This document shows positions 34,073 through 46,011 of a DNA stretch of 64,000 nucleotides, in pieces. A program made the translations under genes and the position numbers. Numbering within the stretch: position 1 is the stretch's first letter; each line of letters begins with the position of its first letter. The stretch spans positions 10,461-74,460 of the forward strand of contig JBBRTH010000018.1 of assembly GCA_038244615.1 (NCBI GenBank). Reading direction: 5' to 3'. The notes below the pieces were generated by a model. That model saw only the letters and a list, made by a program, of their open reading frames with translations, had not been told where the DNA came from and made no database searches. The DNA is from Mycobacteriales bacterium. GTDB lineage: Bacteria; Actinomycetota; Actinomycetes; Mycobacteriales; Mycobacteriaceae.

Positions 34073-34567
34073 TCAGTTGCAGGTCACCTTGATCTCGAAC
34101 TTCTTCGTGATCATGCCCGCCCTCGGATTCTTCATGTCGGCGCCCTGTGCCTCACCGGTGATGGTGTAGGTGCTGCCGTCGACCGCCACGTCCGCTGAGC
34201 CGCTCTTCATGCCACCCATCTGGGCGACCGCGAGCGCGCTGCCGTCGACGACCAGACCCAGCGACTCGACGGTCGGTGGCGTCGCGTCGGTCATCACGAC
34301 GGCGACACCCTGCTGGCCGCCGACCGCGCCGCTGGCCACGTTGATCTTGCCCGCCGCCTTGACGCAGCTCACGGAGTTGAGGTCCAGGCCCGCCAGATCC
34401 TGGCCCTCGACCTTGACCTCGGTGTTGCCGCTGGTGCTGACCTGCGTGCTGCTGCCGCTTGCGGCCGGTGTGCTGGACGCAGGCGTCGAGCCCTTGTCGT
34501 CCGAGCAGCCGACCAGAGCCAGTGCGGCCGCCGCGATGCCGATGCCCGCCGTCACGATCTTCTTCAT
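34073..34567 (-). CDS. lpqH: 19-kDa lipoprotein antigen family (LpqH-like)
   Basis: Lipobox LALVGC, Ser/Thr linker, VSCVKAAG, YTITGEAQGADMKNP, FEIKVTC. Confidence 0.85.
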   Translation of the reverse strand: MKKIVTAGIGIAAAALALVGCSDDKGSTPASSTPAASGSSTQVSTSGNTEVKVEGQDLAGLDLNSVSCVKAAGKINVASGAVGGQQGVAVVMTDATPPTVESLGLVVDGSALAVAQMGGMKSGSADVAVDGSTYTITGEAQGADMKNPRAGMITKKFEIKVTCN

Positions 34568-34674
34568 CGAGAGTTCCCTTCGTTCCACTCCGCCCCGATG
34601 GCGTCGTCGTGAGGCAAGTACAGGCCGCCCGAATCGCTACCGATCCCAACAATCGGCGGGGGTACGGTGGCAGC

Positions 34675-34992
34675 GTGGTCGACTCAGCAGTGCCAGATTC
34701 CGGGTCCGACGTGGGAGGTCCCGACGAGATCATCGATGCCGAGGTCGTGCCGGACCCGCTGCCCGTGACGCCGCTGGACACCGGCTACACCGCCGACGGC
34801 GTACCGACCTTCGAGGCGGTCAGGGAAAAGATCGAGAACAGGTACGGCACCGCCATCGGGTCATCTGAACTGGCGTCGGAGACCGCCGAAGGTCGTGACG
34901 TCGAAGAACAGTACGAGGCCCGGCAACGTGCCGCCCATGAGCGCCTCAAGCAGATCAGGGCGTCGATGCGGGACGAATCAGACAAGATCTGA
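34675..34992 (+). CDS. conserved hypothetical protein (Rv1638A-like)
   Basis: GVPTFEAVREKIENRYGTAIG, QYEARQRAAHERLKQIRASM; TACGGT 6 nt before the GTG. Confidence 0.8.
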   Translation: MVDSAVPDSGSDVGGPDEIIDAEVVPDPLPVTPLDTGYTADGVPTFEAVREKIENRYGTAIGSSELASETAEGRDVEEQYEARQRAAHERLKQIRASMRDESDKI

Positions 34993-34996
34993 CGCG

Positions 34997-36169
34997 GTGC
35001 GTTCCTTCACCGTGGAGGAGCGGCGAACGCGGCTGGCGCGCCGTCACTTCCTCGCCGAACCCACCGACCAACGCGTCGCCGAGGTCGCCGGTTCGTTCGT
35101 CGGCCTGCACGCCACCGACCCGGCCACGCCCTACCTGTCGCTGTGGGCGCGCCGCCACGGTTTTCGCGTCGCGGACCTCGACGCCTCGCTGTACGAGGAC
35201 CGGACGGTGGTCAAACACCTCGCCATGAGGCGCACGTTGTGGGTGTTCGACGCCGGCGACCTGCCTGCCGTGCAGTCCGCGGCGAGCGATCGGGTGGCCG
35301 CCAACGAGCGCCGGAAGTTGATGGCCGACGTCGTGAAGGCCGGCATCGCCGCAGACGGCGAGGCGTGGATGAAGGAGGCGTCGGGGGCCGTCCTCGCGCA
35401 TCTGCGCGAACACCGTTACGCCAGCGCCCGAGAACTGCGGGCGGCGCTCCCCCAGCTAGCGGGCACCTACGACGCGGCACCCGGAAAACCCTGGGGCGGG
35501 GAGGGTCCCATTTCACCGCGGGTGCTCACGGTGTTGGGGGTCGAGGGGCACACCGTCCGCGGCCCCAACGAGGGGACCTGGACGACGTCGCGCCCGAAGT
35601 GGACCGCCATGGCGCAGTGGCTCGGCAAAACCCCCGACCCCGTGGACCACGACGCCGCCCGGGCGCGTCTGATCAGAACGTGGCTGCGGACGTTCGGACC
35701 CGCCAGCGTCCACGACGTGAAGTGGTACTTCGGCCACACGCTGACGTGGGCGCGGGACGGCCTGCGTGACGTCTGCGCCGTCGAGGTGGACGTGGGTGGG
35801 ACCCCCGGCTTCGTCCTGCCCGACGATCTGGAACCCGAACCCGCGTGCGACCGGTGGTGCGCCCTGCTCCCCGGCCTGGATGTGACGACGATGGGCTGGC
35901 AAGACAAGGACTGGTATCTCGGCCAGCACAGGACGTTGGTATTCGACCGCAACGGCAACGGCGGACCGACGGCATGGTGCGACGGTCGGATCGTGGGCGG
36001 CTGGACTCAGGACGCCGACGGCCGTGTCGTCCTGCAGCTCGTCGAGAAGGTCGACACCAGGGCGTCGAAGGCGTTGGTGCGCAAGGCAACAGAACTCACC
36101 GACTGGCTCGGCGGGACAAGGATCACCGCCCGTTTCCCGTCGCCGCTATCGAAGGCCAGTTCCGGCTAG
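34997..36169 (+). CDS. AlkZ/YcaQ-like (HTH_42) DNA glycosylase family protein
   Basis: GLHATDPATPYLSLWAR, HLAMRRTLW, WLRTFGPAS..DVKW, LLPGLD...MG, DGRIVGGW. Confidence 0.85.
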   Translation: MRSFTVEERRTRLARRHFLAEPTDQRVAEVAGSFVGLHATDPATPYLSLWARRHGFRVADLDASLYEDRTVVKHLAMRRTLWVFDAGDLPAVQSAASDRVAANERRKLMADVVKAGIAADGEAWMKEASGAVLAHLREHRYASARELRAALPQLAGTYDAAPGKPWGGEGPISPRVLTVLGVEGHTVRGPNEGTWTTSRPKWTAMAQWLGKTPDPVDHDAARARLIRTWLRTFGPASVHDVKWYFGHTLTWARDGLRDVCAVEVDVGGTPGFVLPDDLEPEPACDRWCALLPGLDVTTMGWQDKDWYLGQHRTLVFDRNGNGGPTAWCDGRIVGGWTQDADGRVVLQLVEKVDTRASKALVRKATELTDWLGGTRITARFPSPLSKASSG

Positions 36170-36175
36170 GGCGGT

Positions 36176-39070
<2,895 letters not shown>

Positions 39071-39127
39071 CTGATATCTCTCCTGGTTCCATACCACGCC
39101 TCAACCCGCACAAAGTGGGCCACGCTC

Positions 39128-39150
39128 ATGTTATGTCCACCCTCCGACAA
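39128..39150 (-). promoter_or_regulatory. RecA-NDp (PafBC-type) promoter of uvrA
   Basis: Minus strand TTGTCGGAG-8nt-TAACAT matches tTGTCRgtg-N8-TAnnnT. Confidence 0.8.
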
Positions 39151-39169
39151 GCCCGGTACCGTGGCAGTC

Positions 39170-39859
39170 ATGACGGGTCAGAAATCCTCCGTCGATGACA
39201 ACTACACGGGTCATGTCGAGTCCGGTTCGGCCGCGCGCCGCACGCTTCCGGGCGCGACGATCGTGAAGGCGTCCGTCGGCCCCATGGACAACAACGCCTA
39301 CTTGATCACGTGTTCCCACACCGGCGAGACGCTACTCATCGACGCAGCGAACGACGCTTCGATCCTGCTCGACCTGGTGGAGCGCTACGCCCCCACGCTG
39401 TCGCTCATCGTGACCAGCCATCAGCACGGCGACCACTGGATGGCGCTCGAGGAGGTCGCCAAGGCCACTGGCGCGCCCACGGCCGCGCATCGACTCGACG
39501 CCGAGCCGTTGCCCGTCAAGCCCGACCGCATCCTGGCCCACGGTGACACCGTCACGATCGGTGACTTGACCTTCGACGTGATCCACCTCCAAGGGCATAC
39601 GGAGGGTTCGATCGCACTCGCCCTCAGCGGGCCTGTGGCAGGCGACGCCGTCCAGTTGTTCACCGGTGACTGCCTGTTCCCCGGCGGCGTCGGCAAGACC
39701 TGGAAGGACGGCGACTTCGAGCGGTTGCTCGGCGACGTCACGCGGCGCCTGTTCGACGTCTATCCCGACTCGACCGTCGTCTACCCCGGCCACGGTGACG
39801 ACACCACGCTCGCGAACGAGCGGCCGCACCTCGCAGAGTGGCGCCAGCGCGGTTGGTGA
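39170..39859 (+). CDS. MBL-fold metallo-hydrolase (Rv1637c-like)
   Basis: VGPMDNNAY, TSHQHGDHW (HxHxDH), GHTEGS, LFTGD, PGHG; TACCGT 7 nt before the ATG. Confidence 0.9.
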   Translation: MTGQKSSVDDNYTGHVESGSAARRTLPGATIVKASVGPMDNNAYLITCSHTGETLLIDAANDASILLDLVERYAPTLSLIVTSHQHGDHWMALEEVAKATGAPTAAHRLDAEPLPVKPDRILAHGDTVTIGDLTFDVIHLQGHTEGSIALALSGPVAGDAVQLFTGDCLFPGGVGKTWKDGDFERLLGDVTRRLFDVYPDSTVVYPGHGDDTTLANERPHLAEWRQRGW

Positions 39860-39915
39860 CGCCAGGCCCGCCTCCCGTGCGGTCGATCAGCCGAGTGACA
39901 CGTACCGTCGATCCC

Positions 39916-40416
39916 ATGAACCCATGGCCCAAGCCCGATAAGCCCGACCCCGGACAGGAGTCGGTCTGGGACTATCCGCGACCGCCGAGGCTGGAGACGT
40001 TCGCCGGCTCGATCACGATCGAACTGGGCGGTCGGACCATCGCGTCCACCGATCGCGCGTGGCGGGTGCTGGAGACCAGTCACCCGCCCACGTACTACCT
40101 GCCGCCGTCCTCGTTCGACGACGGCGTGCTGCGCGAGGCACCCGGGTCGTCGTGGTGCGAATGGAAGGGCGTGGCGTCCTACTATGACCTCGTCACCGAC
40201 ACACACGTCGCCGAACGCGCCGGCTGGACCTACCTCGAGCCGACGGCCGGCTTCGATGCGATCACCGGCGCGATCGCGGTGATGGCCGCAGAGGTCGACC
40301 GCTGCACCGTCAACGGCGAGCAGGTCGAGCCGCAACCGGGCGGCTTCTACGGCGGTTGGGTCACCAGTTGGGCAAGGGGCCCGTTCAAGGGCATCCCGGG
40401 GTCGAGGGGCTGGTAG
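39916..40416 (+). CDS. DUF427 family protein
   Basis: ESVWDYPRPP, LETSHPPTYYLP, CEWKGVASY, FYGGWVT. Confidence 0.85.
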   Translation: MNPWPKPDKPDPGQESVWDYPRPPRLETFAGSITIELGGRTIASTDRAWRVLETSHPPTYYLPPSSFDDGVLREAPGSSWCEWKGVASYYDLVTDTHVAERAGWTYLEPTAGFDAITGAIAVMAAEVDRCTVNGEQVEPQPGGFYGGWVTSWARGPFKGIPGSRGW

Positions 40417-40511
40417 CCAGGGATCTCAGCTGAAGATGATTGGTGCCCCGGCCAAGGCGGCCCGCGGTGCATGTCGTGCCCGCGCTGCCCGAGATCCGCT
40501 TCAGCGGTTGC

Positions 40512-41540
40512 TCAGGGCCGGTAGCCGTTGGGATTGCGCTGTTGGAAGCGCCAGGCGTCGCGGCACATGTCCGCGAGAGTGAGGCGGGCCTGCCAGCCCC
40601 AGTTGTCCCGTGCCGCGGTCGCATCGGCGACCAGCTCCGGCACGTCACCGGAGCGCCGTGGACAGATGGTGAAGGGGATGTCGCACCCGCAGGCCTCGGC
40701 GAATGCATCCCGAAGCTCGAGCACGGAGGTCCCGACACCGGTACCGAGATTGAGTACCTGGATGTCGTCGGTGTCGGCGAAGTGGTCAAGGGCCACGATA
40801 TGGCCGTCGACCACGTCGAGGACGTGGATGTAGTCGCGGATGGCGGTGCCGTCGGGGGTCGGGTAGTCACCGCCGAAGATCGACAGCTTGTCGAGGCGGC
40901 CCACGGCGACCTGGGCCAGGAACGGCATCACGTTCTTGGGTACTCCGGTGGGGTCTTCACCCAGCAGCCCGGACGGGTGTGCGCCCACGGGATTGAAGTA
41001 GCGCAGGCTGATCGCCTGCAGTTCCGGGTGGTAGCGAACCGCCTGGCCGATCATCTGTTCGCACGTCCACTTCGACCAGGCATAGGGGTTCGTGGGTTGT
41101 GCCGGTGCGTTCTCGTCGAGCGGTCCGCCCTCGACGTCGCCGTAGATCGAGCAGGAGGAGGAGAACACCAGTCGGTTGACGTTGGCGTCCCTCATCGCGC
41201 GAAGTAGACTAGCCGTCCCACCGATGTTGACGTCGAAGTACTCCAGCGGAATCTGTGTTGATTCGCCGACCGCCTTGCGGGCAGCGAAATGAATCACCGC
41301 GTCCACATGGTGGTCGGACATCACCTCGGTGACGCGGGCCCGGTCGGCGACGTCGAGCGTGTAAGTGGTGATCGGACGTTCGGCCAGCCGTCGGATCCGG
41401 TCGATGGAGTGGGGTGAACTGGTCGAGTGGTCATCGACGATGACGACGTCGTAGCCACTGTTTGCCAGCGCGACGCTGGCATGGCTGCCGATGAAGCCGC
41501 CGCCGCCCGTGACCATGATCGTCGACGGGCTCCTCACCAT
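40512..41540 (-). CDS. galE: UDP-sugar 4-epimerase, GalE family (possibly UDP-xylose 4-epimerase)
   Basis: GGGGFIGSH, IHFAARKAVGES, FSSSCSIYG, YAWSK (YxxxK), LRYFNPVGAH. Confidence 0.85.
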   Translation of the reverse strand: MVRSPSTIMVTGGGGFIGSHASVALANSGYDVVIVDDHSTSSPHSIDRIRRLAERPITTYTLDVADRARVTEVMSDHHVDAVIHFAARKAVGESTQIPLEYFDVNIGGTASLLRAMRDANVNRLVFSSSCSIYGDVEGGPLDENAPAQPTNPYAWSKWTCEQMIGQAVRYHPELQAISLRYFNPVGAHPSGLLGEDPTGVPKNVMPFLAQVAVGRLDKLSIFGGDYPTPDGTAIRDYIHVLDVVDGHIVALDHFADTDDIQVLNLGTGVGTSVLELRDAFAEACGCDIPFTICPRRSGDVPELVADATAARDNWGWQARLTLADMCRDAWRFQQRNPNGYRP

Positions 41541-43369
41541 CTGAACTCCTCGAAGAAGTAGGCGGGGTATTGACTGGCGGCGAGGACGAAGAGACCGACG
41601 ACCAGGACGTTCAGCAGAAGCGTCCCGCCCACCAGAGCCAGGAACCTGCGAGCGGGCGAAGGCTGTGACCGGACCGCTTCATAGCCGTGCAGGAACGGGA
41701 CCATGACGCTCACTGCGACGTAGGCGGCCGCGTTCAGCAGGCATAGAAAGATGTAACCCACCGGCCCACGGTGGTTGATACCCACCAGCGCGGCAATCGA
41801 GAGCACCGCGGCGATGACCATGTAGGGCAAGACCGTTCGCACTGGAAGCGGGACGACGGCCTTGACGTTCTTCGGGGTGACCTTCAGTTCGAGCGGTCGC
41901 GGTGCCACGATTTGGATCAGCGCGGCAAGCAGGCCCCACCCGTTGTAGACCCATCTCGTCAGGACGTAGAACGTGCCTTCCCAGCTCAACGCGGGCGCGT
42001 CATTCGGCCGTAGCAGCCGGTGAGCGCGCAGTACCCCGTAGATTGCCAACAGCCAGCAACTCAGTGCACCGACCAGGACGACGAACTCGAAGTAGTTCAC
42101 CCGCACCCACTGGATGTTGAACACAGCGGCGGCGGCGGTGAGAGAGAGACCCGCTGCGAACGTCGCTACCAGCATCGGGTACCAGGCGAGCGCGAACCCG
42201 AACCGGATCCTTTTGCGAAAAGGAAGGCGCGACAATGTGCGCGGCATGAGGTTCAACATGATCACGCCCAGGCTGCGCGACCACTGGAACTCCTGGGTGA
42301 TCTCTGCGGGGAAATCCGTCGGGCCGTCGCCGTCGGCGTGCGCGTCGACGGCGAACGCGCCGCACCAACCCGCCACGTTCATCAGATAGGAAGTCGAGAA
42401 GTCTTCGGCCAGTTCCGGCCCGATGCCCCCGATCGACGCGAGCGCGGTGGTGCGAACTGCGTAATGCGACCCGATGCAGACGGGAGCAAGATCACCCTTG
42501 TGGCCGTTGTGGCCGAGTTGGTGAGCGCCGTGGAATGTTGCCTCGACGAAGAGACGGCCCCTTACCGCCCAGGATTGGTGGCGGTTCTTTCCGCAGACAC
42601 TCGGCGCCCCTACATAGCCGATGGCCGGGTCGGCGAACGGGCGGACCATCTCCGCCAGGTAGGTCGGCTCGGGGACGTGGTCGCAGTCCAGTTGCGAGAC
42701 GACGTCGTAGTCGCGGTAACCGAAGCGATCGTAAAAGTAGGCCAGGTTGCCTTCTTTGCAGCGTCGTCGGCGAGGCCAGGTTTCGCGTTGATACTCCTGC
42801 ACTCCGCGGCGGGTGGAGACGCGCACGCGGTTTCGGTGGCACCATGCCAGGGTCTCGTCGGTAGGGTCCTCGTCGCAGAGCCAGACATCGTAGGCGTACG
42901 GGAAGTCCTGACACAACATGGCTTCGATAGTGGTGCGAGTCAGGGGCCACGGCTCCGATGGCGCCTTCGTGACAACCATGGCGACCCTCACTTGCGGGAT
43001 CTCCAGCGTGGGTGAGACGCGTTGCAGCCGGTTGGCAGTGAGGAGGAAGTACACCGGCACCGTGGACACCCAGGCGAGGATCACGGTGTTGACCGTGAAC
43101 GGTAACGCGTCGGTGCGGTGCTGCGGCAGTAGCCACCAGATCCAGAAGATGACGTACGTTGCAACCCATGCCACGGTCAGCGCAGCGACCGCTACCCTGG
43201 CACGACGCGGTAAGGCCGGTACGAAGGTACCCGGCCGACTGCACCGCCGCCGCGGCCGGCCACGGGCGAAGACCGGACCCGAAGGGCGTATCGCGACGAT
43301 GCCGCCCTTCGACAGCGCGCGGATGAAGTCTTCCTCTCGAGAGACCGCGGGCCTCTCGAGAGTGGTCAC
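41534..43369 (-). CDS. processive GT2 polysaccharide synthase (cellulose-synthase-like)
   Basis: CDED, CKEGNL, QLDCDH, LAEDF, QEFQW; two N-terminal and about six C-terminal TM helices; no PilZ domain visible. Confidence 0.9.
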   Translation of the reverse strand: MTTLERPAVSREEDFIRALSKGGIVAIRPSGPVFARGRPRRRCSRPGTFVPALPRRARVAVAALTVAWVATYVIFWIWWLLPQHRTDALPFTVNTVILAWVSTVPVYFLLTANRLQRVSPTLEIPQVRVAMVVTKAPSEPWPLTRTTIEAMLCQDFPYAYDVWLCDEDPTDETLAWCHRNRVRVSTRRGVQEYQRETWPRRRRCKEGNLAYFYDRFGYRDYDVVSQLDCDHVPEPTYLAEMVRPFADPAIGYVGAPSVCGKNRHQSWAVRGRLFVEATFHGAHQLGHNGHKGDLAPVCIGSHYAVRTTALASIGGIGPELAEDFSTSYLMNVAGWCGAFAVDAHADGDGPTDFPAEITQEFQWSRSLGVIMLNLMPRTLSRLPFRKRIRFGFALAWYPMLVATFAAGLSLTAAAAVFNIQWVRVNYFEFVVLVGALSCWLLAIYGVLRAHRLLRPNDAPALSWEGTFYVLTRWVYNGWGLLAALIQIVAPRPLELKVTPKNVKAVVPLPVRTVLPYMVIAAVLSIAALVGINHRGPVGYIFLCLLNAAAYVAVSVMVPFLHGYEAVRSQPSPARRFLALVGGTLLLNVLVVGLFVLAASQYPAYFFEEFRW

Positions 43370-44313
43370 GACGCCAATTCCGTCGACATCGCTTCGATGC
43401 ACGCCTCGACGGTGCGGGCGATTCCGTCTCGCACCGGCATCTGCGGATTCCATCCGAGCTTGGTCTGGGCCACCGCGATGTCAGGCTGACGGCGGGTCGG
43501 ATCGTCCTGGGGCAGTGGGCATAACAGGATCTCGGATGTCGAGTCCGTCAACTCCAGGACCAATTCGGCAATCTCGCGAACGGTCAGTTCGACCGGGTTG
43601 CCGAGGTTGATCGGTCCGGACTCATCGGAGTCCAGCATGAGAACCAGGCCCCGGACGAGATCGTTGACGTAGCACAGGCTGCGAGTCTGGCTGCCGTCGC
43701 CGAACAGCGTCAGCGGTTCGCCTCGGAGAGCCTGGTCGATGAAGTTGGACACGACCCGCCCGTCGTCAGGACGCATCCGCGGGCCGTAAGTGTTGAAGAT
43801 CCGCACGATGCCGATGTCGACACCTTCTTCGTTGCGGTAGGCCATCGTGATCGCCTCGGCGAAGCGCTTGGCCTCGTCGTAGACGCTGCGCGGACCGATC
43901 GGGTTGACGTTGCCCCAATACGATTCGGTCTGGGGATGCACCAGCGGGTCACCGTAGACCTCGCTGGTGGAGGCCAAAACGAATCTCGCCCCCTTGGATC
44001 GCGCGAACTCCAACGCGTTGAGCGTGCCCTCGGAACCGGTACGCAGGGTGAAGATGGGCCGCCGTAGATACTCCGGCGGTGAGGCGGGGCTGGCCAGGTG
44101 CACGACCCCGTCGAAGACGCCCGGAAACCTGATCGATTCCAGGACACTGCCCTTGGCGAACGTGAATCGAGGTGAAGCGATGAGGTGTTCGAGGTTCTCG
44201 GGCCGGCCGGTCGACAGGTCGTCGAGGCAAACCACGTTGTCCCCGCGACCGATGAGCAGATCACAGACGTGTGAACCCAGGAAGCCGGCACCACCCGTCA
44301 CCAGAACACGCAC
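43366..44313 (-). CDS. uxs: UDP-glucuronate decarboxylase (UDP-xylose synthase)
   Basis: [71 protein letters not shown]. Confidence 0.9.
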   Translation of the reverse strand: MRVLVTGGAGFLGSHVCDLLIGRGDNVVCLDDLSTGRPENLEHLIASPRFTFAKGSVLESIRFPGVFDGVVHLASPASPPEYLRRPIFTLRTGSEGTLNALEFARSKGARFVLASTSEVYGDPLVHPQTESYWGNVNPIGPRSVYDEAKRFAEAITMAYRNEEGVDIGIVRIFNTYGPRMRPDDGRVVSNFIDQALRGEPLTLFGDGSQTRSLCYVNDLVRGLVLMLDSDESGPINLGNPVELTVREIAELVLELTDSTSEILLCPLPQDDPTRRQPDIAVAQTKLGWNPQMPVRDGIARTVEACIEAMSTELAS

Positions 44314-44360
44314 TTACTTACTCCTTTAGTGACATGAGGTCGTTTGATCTCGGGAAGTCG

Positions 44361-45677
44361 TCACGGACGCGCAAACCCCCGATACGTCCAGCCCGCTTCG
44401 CGCCACAACCGCGGTTCCAGGCAGTTGCGGGCGTCGATGATCTGTTTCGAGCCGGTCACGGCGGCCAAGTCGGCGGGCTGCAACTTGCGGAACTCATCCC
44501 ATTCGGTCAGAACCAGCACCACATCGGCATCCCGGCAAGCCTCACCGGTCGAGTCGGCGTAGCGCAGGGCCGGATAGCGTCGGCGGGCGTTGTCCATGGC
44601 CTTGGGGTCGTAGACGGTCGGGTGAGCGCCCTGCAGTTGGAGTTCACCGGCGACGTCCAGAGCCGGCGAGTCGCGGACATCGTCGGAGTCCGGCTTGAAT
44701 GCGGCGCCCAACACGGCCACCCGGGCCCCGGCGAGTGAACCGCACAACTCCCGTGCCACGTCGACGACACGGCCGCGCTGACGCACGTTGATGTTCTCGA
44801 CTTCTCGGAGGAAGGCCAGTGAGTCACCGACGCCGAGTTCGTCGGCGCGGGCCACGAACGCCCGGATGTCTTTCGGCAGGCAGCCGCCGCCGAAGCCAAG
44901 CCCGGCATTGAGGAACTTCCGCCCGATCCGCGCGTCGTACCCGATGGCGTCCGCGATCGTTGTGACGTCGGCCGAGGTCACCTCACAGACCTCGGCGACC
45001 GCGTTGATGAACGAGATCTTGGTGGCGAGGAACGCGTTGGCCGAAACCTTGACCAGCTCAGCGGTCGGGAGGTTGGTGACGATGAAGGGAACATCGTGCT
45101 GGATCGGGGCATAGAGGTCGCGCAGCGTCGCCTCGGCGACATTGCACGGGCGGTTCTCGATGCCGACCACGATTCGGTCGGGGCGCAGAGTGTCCTGGAC
45201 CGCGTACCCCTCGCGCAGGAACTCCGGGTTCCAGGCAAGTTCGACGCCATCGCCGGCCGGGGCGATGGCGCGGACGCGCTCAGCGAGGTCTTGGGCCGTT
45301 CCCACCGGGACCGTTGACTTGCCGACGATAAGTGTCCGGCGATGCAGATGAGGTGCCAGAGCGTCGACTGCCGCATGCAAGAAGGACAGATCGGCACCTG
45401 GGTTGTCCGCTCGCTGCGGGGTCCCGACCGCGAGAAAGTGCACGTCGGCAGAGGCGGCGATGTCTTCGTAGCTGTCGGTGAATCGGAGGCGCCCTCGAGA
45501 AAGATTGCTCTTCAGCAGACTGTCGAGCTCAGGTTCGAAGAATGGCAGTTCGCCGGCCTGCAGTTTCGTGATCTTGTCGGTGTCCACGTCGACTGCGACA
45601 ACTTCGTGGCCGATCTCTGCCATGCAGACAGCATGGGTGGCGCCGAGGTACCCGCTGCCGATGACGGAGATCAGCAT
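44361..45677 (-). CDS. ugd: UDP-glucose 6-dehydrogenase
   Basis: VIGSGYLG, KSTVPVGT, WNPEFLREG, GFGGGCLPKD, FKPDSDDVRDSP. Confidence 0.96.
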   Translation of the reverse strand: MLISVIGSGYLGATHAVCMAEIGHEVVAVDVDTDKITKLQAGELPFFEPELDSLLKSNLSRGRLRFTDSYEDIAASADVHFLAVGTPQRADNPGADLSFLHAAVDALAPHLHRRTLIVGKSTVPVGTAQDLAERVRAIAPAGDGVELAWNPEFLREGYAVQDTLRPDRIVVGIENRPCNVAEATLRDLYAPIQHDVPFIVTNLPTAELVKVSANAFLATKISFINAVAEVCEVTSADVTTIADAIGYDARIGRKFLNAGLGFGGGCLPKDIRAFVARADELGVGDSLAFLREVENINVRQRGRVVDVARELCGSLAGARVAVLGAAFKPDSDDVRDSPALDVAGELQLQGAHPTVYDPKAMDNARRRYPALRYADSTGEACRDADVVLVLTEWDEFRKLQPADLAAVTGSKQIIDARNCLEPRLWREAGWTYRGFARP

Positions 45678-46011
45678 GGATCTGCCCCTTACTGGCTCGA
45701 TCAGGATCAGGTGTAGTTCTTTGCTGTTCACGTACAACGTTCACCTGAACGTGCTTCAGACAAATTTCTAGACAATTGCCGGCAGTCTGCAACGGGTGAG
45801 TACACCCACATCAGTGGGCATCTAATCATTCCGCCCATGATAGCAACCATTTGATGGTAACCGATAAACATCCAAACAGTATGATCTCGATCATATTGCT
45901 AAGATCGCGTGTCGCCATGGAGTAGGTCCAGGCGGCGAGCCGGTAACCGGCTGACGGTAGGGCGCAGTGAACCCGATGAGCCTGCGGATGCCGCCCGGCG
46001 ATGGGCCGCGA

